A stretch of 64,000 bases of DNA, from the NCBI GenBank assembly GCA_051362555.1, contig CM120641.1:23256401-23320400 (forward strand), given 5' to 3'. Source of the DNA: Lingula anatina. Taxonomy: Eukaryota > Animalia > Brachiopoda. Below, one piece after another: positions 24,490-38,553 of this stretch (positions within the stretch are counted from its first letter, which is position 1; every line of letters begins with the position of its first letter). The notes below the pieces were generated by a model that was not told where the DNA came from, made no database searches, and was given only the letters and a program-made list of their open reading frames with translations. Position numbers and translations under genes: made by a program.

Positions 24490-25329
24490 ATGGCACTGAT
24501 GGATAATTCACTGAATGCTTTTGGTCTTACACCGCCGACGGGACAAGCTCCTTGGACGCGCACGGACTGCAGTTTGCAGCAGCCGGCATTTGAAAACGCA
24601 ATTGACTACCAAAATTTAGCGCAAAATAATGGAGACAGCCAAACCGTTTTGTACTACCAGATAAACTATAACAATAACATGGTTTGCTCTGCGCCACAGT
24701 GGGACGGAAACAATTTCCATGAGTACACAGGCGCACGTGAAATTCTGACCATTGAAACCAACACCGCAGAGCACTCCGTTGGCAGTTACAGCAGCCTTCC
24801 CCAGCAGAATCCTCATCCCAAGCAACAGTACCCGTGTGTCCACGGTGAACACGGGGATAATAAGTTGGTGCAGTACTCGCGCGGGGGAGCCACAGAACGC
24901 GAGAGAAACCGTATGCACTTGCTAAACGATGCGTTTGAGGAGCTGAGGAAGGTTGTCCCCAAGTCAAATCTCAGTGAGCACCAAAGGCTGTCGAAGATAG
25001 CCACCCTGCGTCTGGCGATCCACTACATTTCAGCTCTGACCAGCATACTGAAAAGTTCTGGCGCCGAGATCCGGCGGATTCAAGACATTCCAGCTCCAGA
25101 GCCAAGGCGTAAACGGGGGAGGTGCACCAGGAGAAAAATTCATAATTGCCACAGCTTCGACGCTCATTCATACGGTGGCAAAACTGGACGTGTTCAAAAG
25201 AAAAATAGACATTCCCAGCACATAAGCTATGAAGGTTTATCACATGACACGGAGGAAAGGAGCCAGTTTCCACTAACAATAGAAGCAGAAACCACTCCTA
25301 ACTGCGTAAGAAATGAAACTGTGCGTTGA
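24490..25329 (+). CDS. Intronless group-A (atonal/twist superfamily-like) bHLH transcription factor; ORF is open from ATG 24319
   Basis: [57 protein letters not shown] is a complete bHLH domain. Start uncertain: 24490 (AAGATGG context) is preferred over 24319. Confidence 0.9.
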   Translation: MALMDNSLNAFGLTPPTGQAPWTRTDCSLQQPAFENAIDYQNLAQNNGDSQTVLYYQINYNNNMVCSAPQWDGNNFHEYTGAREILTIETNTAEHSVGSYSSLPQQNPHPKQQYPCVHGEHGDNKLVQYSRGGATERERNRMHLLNDAFEELRKVVPKSNLSEHQRLSKIATLRLAIHYISALTSILKSSGAEIRRIQDIPAPEPRRKRGRCTRRKIHNCHSFDAHSYGGKTGRVQKKNRHSQHISYEGLSHDTEERSQFPLTIEAETTPNCVRNETVR

Positions 25330-27163
25330 AATGGGATGTAAAATTTAAATGATATAATCTTCAAAGATAGATACAAATTTTGACAAATTTCAACATATAA
25401 AGAAAACAAGGTTTTCATTATCAAAATGAAAGCATATATTTAATTTGCGTGGTTAAAAAAGTATGAAATTCATTATGAATATTCGGTTTCAGAAATTATT
25501 GTTTGATTATTGAATTAAGGAAGATTTCGACCAATTCTAATATACAGAGAGCACGCAGTTTATTTAAATGTTACGATGTTATGTTATGTTATATTATATT
25601 ATATTGTTTATTAAAATATTGACATAGGTTGAGTTTGTTTACAGAAAATTAATTGGATAATTTAAAATATGATGCTAATTTTTTAATTGATTGTTATTGT
25701 TTTTTGTCTTTTTAGCATGGGACTGGGTATCAGTGAATTTTCTTTTTTTTTCTTTTACTTTTAAAGAAATAAAGAAATCTTGCTTACTATGAAATGTTCT
25801 ACTTTTCATTATCAGTCATCCAGTTATTTTATTCTGATATTAAGAATAAATATTTCAAGAATGCGTTGTGATTTAAAGATATAATTTCAATTAAAAGTCA
25901 ACACTTAAAAGTAGCCGTTACAGAAGGGCATTCTATCTTCTGCTTTTCTACATCTGATGGAAAGAGTCTTCCTAAGCAGTCATTCTTTGCTAGTGGTGCA
26001 CTGCAGGGGGGCCATAACAAGAATGTTATTTAAATTTAGATAGCCAACCAAATTCTCATGACATCGTTGTGTATGTTTCAATAACAAATCAAAGAAGCTG
26101 CATGAGCAAGGAGGATGTTGTTATAAAAGCAAAAAAATAGAAAAAGCAGAAAATATATCGAAATAACCCTCAAAATGGCGTCCTTTTTTGTGGAATTTTG
26201 ACCCTACCTCTATTTAAGAACAGTTTGTTTAGGGTTTGAATGGATTATTGAAGCAAGAAATACATCTACTGCAAGAAGATATAATAAACAGAATGTGCAA
26301 ATTGTTATTTAAATAAAAACTTATTTGAAGTCACTGAAAAATGATCACAAAATTAGCTTAACTTACGATACATGCGGTGTCCCACCCCGATGAAAATTTC
26401 ATCTAATCCTATCTTTCCGTATTAAAACTGTTCAATCGTCCAAAGTAGTATTTCGGTTAGTTTGTGTCACGAAGTCCATGATAATATCAGGTTTCTGAAG
26501 AATTTCACATTTATTGCTCAGCAAGGTCGATTTTTCTTCACCGCGTCCCAATATAACGTTCGCAACGCTGAAACTTCAGAGATCGATTTTTATCAGACGA
26601 CTTTAAAATGCCGCGTGAAAATTATACATCGATAGCGATCTTCTTCCATACTCACTAACTGATGACGTCTTACACACGAATGGCTTCTTTTGCACACTAA
26701 AAAAACCAGCTCAAACTGGCGGGTGGCCCATTCTGATAACATATCACGCAATGACGCTGTCGAGATAGGATGCAGGGCACAGGTGTAATTCCCTCGATTT
26801 AACCGTCACAGGATTGTTTATTGGGATCTTCTTTGTATGAAGGTGAGAAATAATGAGTTTCGTTTCATTTTTCTTCAATTGTTTCAACATATTTGTGTAC
26901 CGATTGATTTTTACCATTCTATAAGTAGGGTGACTTCGTCTGAACTTTCGTTTTGCGTCTGTTTCACATGGGGGACTAAAGGTCATATTGAACATGGTGA
27001 CGCGGTGATACCGTATTCATGTTCTCTTGTTCTCGAGAACTCAATCATCGAAATTGAATTACTTTTTTTTAGTTTTGTCTTAAATTAAGCTGCTACACTG
27101 TATTCCGTGCGTTTAAAATTTAACCGTCTGTAAAAACAGCAATAATGGATTACTAGCAACACT

Positions 27164-28116
27164 CAGGCCTTCCCAACTACCAGACTCGGCACCTACGGGT
27201 CCAGAATAAACCGGTATATCTGACCATACTACCCGTTTTCAAGGTGTGTGTCAGATCGCATAAAAGAGTATCATACCCTATCACAAATTCTGTAAGCCTA
27301 CCTATCGCGCCTCGTTTTCGTCAAGTAGGAGTCGTATGAATACAACAGACGACTCCCTCAATCAGGGGGTGGAAACGCGCTACTTATATGATTAAGACGA
27401 GCCTAGCCGTCAGTACCGGTTATTGTTTTGTGACCTTGAGGAGCAATTAGGTTTGGTCGTTGCGGCACGCATGAACAGTAGTTGAACTACCACACCTGGG
27501 TCTTTTGTTTTTGACAACTGTTCACTCGTCATCGAGGCGCTTGTTCAAGACTACAGGCTGATATCTACTAGTACTACCAGTGGCTTCATTAGTAACGTTC
27601 CCACAATACTTAAGTTTTCTGTCCGTGCGTACAAACCCTGAAAAAGAACAGCCTCGCTGACGAGAACAATGGACGTTTCTCACCCCTCTCTAGGATTACC
27701 CCTGCCCTCAATCTCGTCCATCCCGGTAGTCATGAAAATATTTAACCCCCGACAGAATATGCTTCCGCTATCAAAATTAGGTCTACTTTTCTAAATTAAT
27801 ATATAAGTTTGCAAGTTCTTATTTACAAAACATCATTGGCTATGTCCGAACCTAAATTTTATGTTAAAAATTGCGGTACTGTCAGATTTTAGCATAAACA
27901 GAGAAAATTGCAGCAGCGCATGAATCTAGATGAGATGCACTACTTTCCAACCCCGCTTAGGATCATTGTTATCACATCGCCCACCAGGCAAAATCGGTGT
28001 GGTGGCTGATACTCTGTAATGCGATCTGACACACACCTTGAAAACGGGTAGTGTTGTCTGATAAACCGGTTTATACTGGACCCGTAGGTGCCGAGTCTGG
28101 TAGTTGGGAAGGCCTG
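27164..28116. mobile_element. Non-autonomous DNA transposon with 110-bp TIRs and 6-bp TSD
   Basis: 27164-27273 and 28007-28116 are reverse complements (7 mismatches by my count) starting CAGGCCTTCCCAAC. AACACT directly flanks both ends. Confidence 0.88.
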
Positions 28117-31100
28117 AACACTTACGTTACGCAATGAAGCACCGAAAATGGGTGAAGAAAATGTGTCTCAGTAATGCGTGTTTGCCACTCATAATGCACT
28201 GTACTTTGTTTGAATAAGCAATAAACTATTTGTGATCTTAGGTTATCCATTGTTCGTTATCAGAGTTAACAGATTCTTTGTGTGATTTTTTTTCAGAATC
28301 CCAAGAGTGGATGCCTTAGTGAGCACAGAACAGATATCACCATTGGTCTACATATGTCAGGAAGAATGTTATAATTATGAACTTTGTGTTACACTGAACT
28401 TCATTTTGTTAAATTTTGTATTTAACTGAACTTTATTGTGTTAAAATAATAATAAAAAAATAATAGTTCTGATAAAAAACTACAATCTGGAACATTCTTT
28501 AGATCAACTTTGTTCAGTGTGTGTCCCATATGACAGAGTTACAGTAAATAAAATATGTGCATTATTCCTCTGTGTTTGTCAATTCCATTTTAAAAGCATG
28601 TGAAAGTGGTGTGCTCCTCATGAATGAAGTGTGTATGGATAATAGCAAAAATATTGTTATTATTTACATGATTATTAAAAGTTTTTGTACCCGCGTCAAT
28701 AACGTTACCGTGACCCACATATTCACCATTTTTATTAATTATGAAATGTGGATTAAATTCTTCAAAACCAGTTTTGAAGCATTGAGACAACACCCCCTTA
28801 TGATTTAAACTAAAACTGAAAACATTCCATTAGACTTTCATTAGTTTGTGCAAAATATATTACCCAGGGTAACGGCGTCTTGGATTTGGTGGGTATAGCT
28901 GTTCAACTCTCCTGTGTGCCCTAAAAAGGGCAGCTGCTGTTTCCCTTTTTATGAAATGATAAACTGTGATGGTGTAGCTATCACATCGCAAAATTACAGC
29001 TTCCCAGAGAAAGTTTGAAATTTTCGGTCAAATTCAACATTTGGTAACCACTAGCAAAGAATGACAGTATTAAGATAAATATCGCGTAGCTTTTCTCTTC
29101 GCGCTCTTCGCCCGCTCTCTTTTACTACAATTCAAGACAGAATCATGTTCTGAGTGGGAGTTTTTCAGAGCAACTTTGTGACTACTCTCCTTCAATCGAC
29201 TCCTCTATAAACACCTATCGTTGCATTTTGTAACAACTCGAATAAAATAAGTGACCCGATCAAAGAGGGACTGCTGCTCCCAGAACACTAAATTGCACAG
29301 GAGGCAAAGACTGAATCGAATGAGTGCAAAGAAAAAAGTTCTGAGACCGGTTCTTCTTGTTGGTCATGGAATGAAGGGTCAGAGAGTGTGCGAGGTCACT
29401 CAGATAAGCACGAGCAGGGTCACACATCAACTACGCCGGGGCATACATCAGCCTCGAGGTGATCGAATATTTTGTTCAAATCTGTTTATATAAGTCAAAA
29501 ATATCCAGTTGTGAATAAAGAATCAAAGCAAATGTTGTTTATGTTGCACCCCAACCACGGGTACGTGGCGGGCCAAGACTACCGGGTTGTCCTCGTCTCG
29601 CTTTGATCCTTTTTGCGGGTGTGTTTCTCTTTCTTTTCCAAATTTTGCGTGTATAATGTGATTTAAAACGCGTTTTATTTCTATCCCCTAACCAGTTATG
29701 AAAACAAGAGAAATATCTTTACCTCCTTCAGTTTTTAAAAATTAGAATATTTATCCTCTACTAAGGTATGTTGCTTTTGCTGTATTTTATTCGTTTATCT
29801 GTTTTGCAGGGATATTTCCTTTACACACGATAACTTCAGATATAATACTTCACGCAAAAAGTTTGCCGAGTTTTGAGTGCATTTCCGTTGGTCCCACCAG
29901 GAGAAGGGATTGTCCTTGTTTGCTACTTTAGTTCAATTTCCATGTTGACTTTTATTATGTTTTGTATTATTCTATTAATTTTCTGTTTTGCTTTACGGAG
30001 ACTTGAATAACTGCTAAACAATATCTGGTGACATACACCCGGTGCCAGCATAATGCATTTTGTGACTGATAAAAGCTCGCTCACAACACAAAAAAACGTG
30101 ACCGAGGAAACATCAAAAATATTTTTCGGCAGTATTTCATATTGAATGGTGCTTTGTCCTTACCCTTCACAGTACTGGGGTCTGTTCTGCAACGTGGTGT
30201 CATGATACATGGGGTTGTTTACTTCGCTCAGAATGTTGATATTAGAGGCGAAGGCGGTTGTTTCTCTCACCTTTAAAACATCGACTGTTTGTCCACCTGG
30301 CGTCACAGTATAAGGAGAGAAAAGCGGAGTTATCAGCGCTGACCGCGTCGGTAATTTAATTTGACGCGTCACGGTACGTCAATCTCCAGCGTAGATGTCT
30401 TTCAGAAGGTTCGTGACCTGTGCTGCCTGACCGGCTACCGTTGCTGAATATATTACTTCCACATATTATAGGCGACTATACGGACACATTCAAGTTTGTA
30501 ACAGGCGATTACTTAACATTCAATAACCTTTATAATACTCGATCCATTTGTGCTGCACGATATTTCTGCCTCACTTACCCAATAAAATATAATTAGTCTG
30601 CGAACTTGTACGTTTAACTCATAAGGACCAAGAACGACGAAGGATAACAAGGTCCGTGTGCATGTTGCACGAAAATTTGTGGTAAGTTTCAAGATATTTG
30701 ATTAGAAGGAAATCCAATCCCGAAATTAAATTTCATGTTTAAAAAGGGCGATTTTTAAGGTTAGGTATCATTAAGAGAGAGAGAGAGATAAAGAAAAGCT
30801 ATGTGTACTACCATCCTGCGGTTGTCAATTTGTTAATTTTTTTATTCGTTTTCCGTTGTAATTGCTCATTTTGATGAAATTTATGTTGCAATTAGTGAGG
30901 GAGAAAGTTTTTTTTTTCAAAATGAAGCGAGTCATAATTAACATGCACAGAAATTCGAGCTCACTCACAGTAACACATAACGACGACAGCCGAACAATCT
31001 TGATTTTTAAAAGTGGTCAAGAAATTTTTTTATATACATAAATCTTAAGTTGATAATTGTCACTTGTTGGTGTCGAAAGGGTAGACAATTGCAGTCAAAA

Positions 31101-31780
31101 TCGATTCAAATCGCCTCCTCGCTTCTCAGGCAGAGGAGATATTGCGTGTCCCTCCATTGACTCAGAATATACACACAGGGAATTATTTTCCTAAAGCAGA
31201 GTTAGGATGTGTTTTAAAGTTTTGCAATCCCACTAAACGCCACGACTGCTGCTGTTCTATAGTTTTTGTTGAGACTGAAATGAAAGTGGTAGGGTTATTT
31301 TCTTAGACAAATTACCGTCCTTCTAAACAAAAAAGTGTGTTGTCTTGTGCAAAGCGAAGTTAGTCATGCCGATTCACTCATTTATTAATTCACATAAACA
31401 ATATTTTGATTGCCTTACCTGCTTCAGCGTCAGTGTTACGCAATATGGCTTACAAATATTCGACCTGTAAGATTTTCGTACATGTGGAATATAAATTAAT
31501 AATTGCATTTCATACATGTAAGAAACCGAAGAATTCGTACCTGATCCGATTGTTAGTGCCTTTTATGTTTACACCAGCTTTAATCATTCCAGCTCTAGGA
31601 GCATCTCAGATCAGAATTAATCCCACATCGCCACACCGAAACCTCCTCAAAGTACAGATAATGTAAATGGTACACAACGGTTGCAAAAGTTCGCAATAAG
31701 TAATTCTCTACAGGAATGACTTAAGTTCTGCGACACGATGCCATTACTCGATTCTTGTGAGAGCTGAACTTTTACTAGTC

Positions 31781-32311
31781 ATGTCGCATGACAGATACGC
31801 AAGGGCTGTGGCCGTGAGTGCTGAACAAGAACGCTTGTTGCAGTTGAAACAAAATGAACTTTCCAAAGACAGAAAGTCAACAATACAATATTTCGAACGC
31901 GAGCGCCATGCTCTGCAGCAAGAATTGCGGGACATTCGAGCTAAAACGCCATATTTAAAGGAGGCTATTATAGCTGGAAAAGAGAGCGCACATGTCGATG
32001 ACAGTGGACGCAGTTCGCCGAGAATCCAACCAACAGAAAGAGCACAGTCACGCCGAGCCAGAACTTCTCCCGCAGCGACCACATGTCTCCAGGGCCCGGC
32101 GTCTCGCCCATACTCTAGAGGCCAGCTGCAACACCCCCTGGCGAATACATTGAATGACAAAGTGACACAAGGGACGTTGAAGAGACTACGCCAGGCTGAA
32201 CACATTTCTAAATCAATAGAAAGTGTGATAAGGCAGAAACTGGAACACAGACATACTCTGGCGAATTTGGTCAAAGAACACGCACAAACCACGAAAGCGC
32301 TAGACTCCTAG
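31781..32311 (+). CDS. Small coiled-coil protein, CCDC190-like N-terminus (tentative)
   Basis: 176-codon GC-richer ORF from ATG 31781. AEQERLLQLKQNELSKDRKSTIQYFERERHALQQELRDIR is an amphipathic helix patterned like CCDC190 as I recall it. Acceptor ctacAG at about 31713 and upstream donors (about 29765 and 30681) suggest non-coding 5' exons. Confidence 0.6.
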   Translation: MSHDRYARAVAVSAEQERLLQLKQNELSKDRKSTIQYFERERHALQQELRDIRAKTPYLKEAIIAGKESAHVDDSGRSSPRIQPTERAQSRRARTSPAATTCLQGPASRPYSRGQLQHPLANTLNDKVTQGTLKRLRQAEHISKSIESVIRQKLEHRHTLANLVKEHAQTTKALDS

Positions 32312-32767
32312 ACGTCTTTCCCCTGCACCGTATTTTTGATTAGCAATCAGTGTAACAAACACGTTGGCACACACTCAGGATCAAATACTTGAAGAGTTAT
32401 TTTTGCAAATTCGATTTGCAGGGAATGCACTGATCAAAGCAATGACAATCATGGGATATACCCCGAAGCACCGAAGCAATTGGATGTTGAAGTATGTCTC
32501 CTCTATCACATCAGAAGCAATTTCATGACAATCAGAGTGATGCTAGTAATATATCACTTTTCACCCAGTTCAATAGGTTTTCCCACCGAAGTTGACTACA
32601 ACTTGCCTAGAACTTGCCACTTGCCTAGAACTTGCCGTCATTTGTCTGTCAACGAATTAAGCAACTACGTTTTACTAAATAAATACTGAAAATCCACAAA
32701 ATGGTGTGCTTTATTTAACCGTTTTTCCTTTTTTTATTACCTTAGTTGCATTTTGTATTAATACATT

Positions 32768-32769
<2 letters not shown>

Positions 32770-32844
<75 letters not shown>
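32770..32844. repeat. Compound (TG)n(AG)n microsatellite
   Basis: Directly visible. Confidence 0.95.
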
Positions 32845-32850
<6 letters not shown>

Positions 32851-33711
32851 ATTGACTCTATAGAGAAAATTACAAAAAAGGAAGTAAAGACATCTAGTTA
32901 ATGGTCAGTTGCTGAACTGAACTTCTTGATCCCACTCCTACGACTATAATGGGTTGTAAATAATGGAATATTGATCGCTGAATGTTTTTCACACAGGTTT
33001 TTGGCAAGGAAAACTGGTCTGGAAAATGTGCACATAATATTCCGAAAAGTAACACTCAATATACGTATATTGGGTCTGAGATGAAAAACACTCTAAAAGT
33101 GAGACCGATTAAATAAATCCCGTGTTTGCCAATAGGGACGGTTTTCTGATATTTCTGACCTTTCACATTTAAGTGGATCCATAAATGCGCCGAATAATAA
33201 GCATCGCTTCCTGTTTGGGTCAGTAACTAACACGATGAACGCATTTCTTGGAATTCTACAACCATGTGTATGAGTGAATAGCCATATATACATATATATC
33301 TATTTTATTAACAGATACAGGTAAATTATGTAAACTGGCCATGTAGATATGGATCAATCATTCACAATATTGTAGGAGTACTGAGACATATTAACGGGAC
33401 AAGAAGCAGTAGAACGATGTGGAATTACGTACAAGGAAACAAAAGCAAATGCCATAGAAACGCTGCCAGTATTCTAAGCCTTTTCGATCGCTTATTTGTG
33501 AAGTACAGCAGCTTATGAGAGTGACTGGCGTGAGACGCCAGCTAGAACGCCGTAGTAATCGATCATCTTTCCATAGCTGATATTTAAAGAGAGTTCGTCT
33601 TTGATTTCTACATTTTCTTATCATTGACCGCTAAGAGCTAAACGCTTACGAGGAAATGTATTAGTTTGACCGTCCCGGCCTGAAGGTAGATGAAGTAACA
33701 ACCACGGCCTA

Positions 33712-36700
33712 ATGCAGGCGATCATAGCGGCCGTGGTGGGCCTGTCCATATTCCACCTGGTGCTTGGGGCCGTAAGCGTCTGTCTAGGGGTGGTTGCCAG
33801 TATCCAGGCAGAGGTATGGCTTGCCCACAGTGTCTCACCCATATGGAGCGGGGGATTTGTAAGTATTTCAGCCACCTATACCCAGGGGAATACAGTGTAA
33901 ATTGAGGGGCGGGAGAGTCGATCTCAGATCGATGAAATGTTATATAAACCTTGTAATGTTATTAATTGGTAATAGTGAAACTTACTGTCGTTTGCCAGCA
34001 TTCTAACAGTAATGTTCGGATAGATGAGTGGAGAAAAAGTAGATTAAATGAATATGATATACCCCAGTATATACATATTACATTGTACGACTTCAGGTAC
34101 GAAGTACATTTTCTGATCCTTATTGAAAATTTTTGGCAAAAATACTTATATCACCGTGTCCAAGGAACATAAGATACAGAATTTATTGCCTTTAGTACAC
34201 AGGCTTTCCTCCGACCCTTATTCCTGATTATTTGCATTCGTCAAAGATATATTACCATTACTACATGAATATGTAACTTTGTCTGAACAAAATACTTAGC
34301 CATAAGCAACATTAATAAAACATATATACAGTTTAAATATCAAATTCAAACAGCTCGATTCTCCATTTTATGATGACTTATATAAGATATTCTGAATAGT
34401 GACATCGCAACCTTTGAATCATTTGTGAGGCTAATGGGTATAACAGAGATTAGAAAACTGAGAAAAATAGCCAAGTACATGTTAAAGACATGTACAGCTA
34501 ATCGTGGACAAGGGGATTATTACATCCATTACATGTATTATTTTTCTCACTTTGTCGGGTACTCTGCTTGACACGAGAAAGAACTAATATCCGCTGTAAT
34601 AACCAGATAATGAAGTTTTAAAAGTAGATGACGTGTATCAGTGAAGTCCTAGTAAGTCCTTATCAGTATTATCTGGCAACGTGACGACTGCTGTTTTGGA
34701 GACAATGCAAACCTGAAATTAATGCCCCACCTTTCTGGAAAGGTAGGGATTGTTGGATGTAAGACACGTTAAATAAAGCGTACAAACATGGGTCCTATAT
34801 CGATCGATCTATAGATATATCTGTTGTTTGAACATCCTTTGCCACAATATTTTTAGATAACCATTACAGACCACAAATTAAACGGCTAAACTGGCATGGC
34901 AGACTTTATTAACTACAACAAGACCTGGCAAAAGGACCGTCTGGCTATCTACACACGTTGGTGCATACGAACAGCGTACGAAGTCGATAATTTCTATTGA
35001 ATACGGCTCTCAGCAGAACTAGAGCAGTTGGATCCAATACGCCCTAGCATGTTTTCCAACTGCTTTGTGTTAATGAGAAATGTCGAAAATCAATTGTGCA
35101 TGTTTGGTCTCGCATATCACAAGGGTTATTCATTAACAGGAAAATGTCAAAGAGAGAGAGAGAGAGTTGAAAAACTACCTCAAACAGGCAATCATGCTGT
35201 GTTTTAGTTTTCATTACAAGTCTTGTTTATTTGTGTCTTGTTTATTTGTTTTTCATGAAGACAACTGAAACACACGCCAAACATTACACAACATGATGTT
35301 ACAAAACATGATGCACAACTCATATAGGGTAGAGACAAGAGACTTTAAGCACGGAATGAACATTCCAGATATGTAATGTAAGAAACACACGATAATCAAA
35401 GGCAGAGTAAGACTACACCAAGGCAAGATGCAAAGATGCATGCATTATGAGATGGAATCCATTTCATTGTGACTCTCTCAGACAAAGGTTGGCACAAAAG
35501 ATGATCTGCCACTTTGTCACAGGTTCTCCGAAGAAATGCATGTTCATGTGTATCTAAAGTTTATCTAAAGTTCACCAGATTTTCTAAGCTTTCCCTCATT
35601 CCATTTTCAGAAAAGAGAGCGATAAGACGTGTTGAGTTGGCGTTGCCTTCTCTTTACACATAGGCCTATATGAAAAGGACGGCATATTGTCTGGTTTCCC
35701 GTGTTCAGCGTTTAAAGGACTTCTTCCCTATCCTGTGTTAAATTTGAATCACCAAGCCCTGTTTGGTTGCGACTTTCTCACCTACGTTCGTTCCCAGCTT
35801 TCCCTCACATCCCCCTTCACATACACGCCATTACGACCTTTGACGGGTATCGCATTCTTTTAGCGACATGCCAAGTCAATTACAGTCGATAACATTCATA
35901 ATGTCAATGTAAATGCACTGGAAAGACAGTCAGAATTATAATAAAATCGATCACTTTCCCATCCTGACAGTTTAATCAAAACAAAGATATTCATAAAAAA
36001 TGTACAATTTTCCTCGTTACCAAGAGGCATTTTCCTGGGGTCTCCATCCGACAACGCTCGGCAGCTTCAAATAATCAGGACTTATTTTTCACAACAGTTT
36101 CTCTCTAGAAATGCCAAAACAAATCAAGACATTTATATTACATTATGAGTCCATTTCAAATCGCTTGAACATGTGCTTTCAACTCTCCGAGGAACCATCC
36201 TCTATCTGATCCGCTCCCATACATTGACAATAAAACACGAAAGGCGCCGGTCTCGCCGATATTTCATTTAACCGAAGTGGTGTTTATGGGAAATCACGAA
36301 TGGAGAAGGACTCTGTTATAAAACCATGCACAATGAGAATATGAATATTTAATGTTCACAATTTTTCTAAAAAAGGAAAAGAATGGTAAACGTATGAGAA
36401 TAATAACGCAAATAATGATGCATTAATAAATTATTAATGCAAAAAAGAATGCATTTTCAATATATATTTTTTTAATTTTCAGCACTGCGTTTTCCGTTTC
36501 CTATAACCAAAAATAAGTGCCGCTGCTAGAATGTAATATAGCTCCTTGAAAGACATTGTGAAGTCCAATTACAGTAAACCACACTAATGAATTACAGCCT
36601 AATGGACAAATTAATGTTTCGTTCCCATACAATACAAGCCAAAATAATGAACGCCAAATTAATGATCCAACTTATGTTTCGTTTCATATCACATGTTGAC

Positions 36701-38553
36701 GTCTAAATAGATTGTATCAATACGTATGATGTTTGTGAAGAAAATATGCTGCACGTCGGGCTGATTTATGAAGGACTGGTTTGCATAACTATCCTGGGAT
36801 TTGAAATTTTCAATTAAGGTTAAAAATAAGATAAGTTTGAGTACAAAGAATATTATCAGGTTTTTGACATACAAACTCCGTGGTAAATGAATCCCTTGAG
36901 AATATCAAGCAGAAAAATGAGAATAAATGTAGGAAGATGCCCTATAAATGCGGTAAAAATGAAAACGTGACAGTCTGGATGAGGTGACAGTTTTCAACCA
37001 CATGCTGCCTTGCTATCTTGTCTGCAAATAGGCTGTGGCTAGCATGATGTGATATTCTATTGAAACTGAACAATACGTTTCCGCTTTTCTGCGATAAAAC
37101 TCAATCTTGCGATTCTTATTAGTGCACTGAATGAGATCGCGTTTATCATTATTATTGCAGTGGAAGATGAGAATTTCTGCAGTTACCGCGACAGTCTTTG
37201 CAGAAAATTGCGGCTGACGTTTTCAGAGTGTCATTTAATCAAGGAAAGCTACATGATGGAATTGGACTAAAAATGATGAATGTGATCAGAGCTGAAAAAG
37301 GCCAATTTCATTTATATGTAAATTGCGCATGGGGAGTATTTTTAATGTTATATCCTATCGTTTAGCATACTGATGTGAATAGAATGAAAAATGTCTTTTA
37401 TTTTAGTTGCTTCTCACTCTTTTCTATCTGTCTGTCTGTCCGTCCGTCTGTCTGTCCCCCATCATGCTACTGATTTACTTAACGTTTGATTCCTTGGTCT
37501 TATTTCAGTTTATCCTCACTGGAATTCTTGGTTTCGCCTGCGCGAAGAAGAAATCCGCATACTTGGTAAGATTACGTAAAGTACATGGTGTACACGCAAA
37601 CGCTACTGAATGTCAGTGTTTATTTTTAAAGAGAAATATCATGTTAAGTTCTGATGATATCGTTACAATCATGGTATTATGCGTCCGCTGACTAAAACTA
37701 ACGTCTACAGAGGGTAGTAAAAAACATCAGTGTAAAGCACCTTTCAGCTAAGTTGGGGAATTAAAGTGCTATGTAAAACTTTTAAATCCTTTGACACTTT
37801 AGATTAAAGTACGCCCTTTGCGTATATAAATCTATGTTATGTATTTGATTTATCATAATATCTGTCGTGCAGTTAAATAATTTTCCATGTCTCTTTTTTT
37901 GTGTGTAATATTTAATCTGATAGGGTGTTATTACGCCTACGACATGTTTCAGCAGTTAAGTTAGTCTTGCAATGGACTCCCTCACTAAAGTCAATTTACA
38001 ACTGTCAATCAAATTGCGATAATAGAACCCTTTTTTCTTTTTTTGTTGATAAAATATCTGTATTTTCAGTAAAAAGCTTGATGAGATAGAGAAGAAAATT
38101 AAAATGAATGAGGAAAGCGATACATGTTACTTACGCAAAGCAAAATATTTGTTAAAGCATTACATCAAATACTTCAAAAAGAATTATCTTGATTTTCAGA
38201 TCCTGTGTTTTACTGCCTTTTCTGTGGTCTCCTTGGTGACGGCAGTGGTCAGTATACAACTACTTCGTCTCGGACTGGTTAATCACACCAACGATGGGAA
38301 TACCTTTCAAAAGGAAAAGAAGGACTTCTTAATTATCGTTGCCTTGGCAACAGCCGGAACCGAGTGCCTCATATGTATCATATCGTCCTTTGTTAGTTGT
38401 CGGGTGGCCAGAGCAGCCAAGAAAGAACTTTTCAAAAAGAGAGAGGGAACGTTCAGCGTACAGGTACTGGGAGAGAAAGACATTGTTGTCGCCTTCACTA
38501 AAACTTCCAGTGGAAGTGACGAACGAGACAGGTGTACGTCGGAAACTGAATGA
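33712..38553 (+). CDS. TMEM196: TMEM196-like four-pass membrane protein
   Basis: Phase-0 exons 33712-33858, 37509-37565 and 38200-38553. The motifs SPIWSGGF, FILTGILGFACAKKKS and ISSFVSCRVA parallel TMEM196 (SPVWSGVC, GILCAKKKS, SSWLTCRLA); four hydrophobic segments. Confidence 0.88.

Noticed and set aside
24527-25279. Several minus-strand ORFs of 63-146 aa
   Set aside because: Shadows of the GC-rich bHLH coding strand.
26354-27092. CpG-rich block with possible imperfect TIR (AGCTTAACTTACGA / TCTTAAATTAAGCT)
   Set aside because: TIR too degenerate, with no TSD or protein similarity; may be a transposon but unsupported.
27940-28134. 64-aa ORF with an apparent paralogue at about 27164
   Set aside because: It is the TIR of the transposon, and the other arm has stop codons.
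31744-32292. 182-aa minus-strand ORF
   Set aside because: Antisense shadow of the coiled-coil ORF.
32601-32636. 18-bp tandem duplication (a 15-bp one also lies at about 22330-22359)
   Set aside because: Ordinary slippage duplications with no sign of function.
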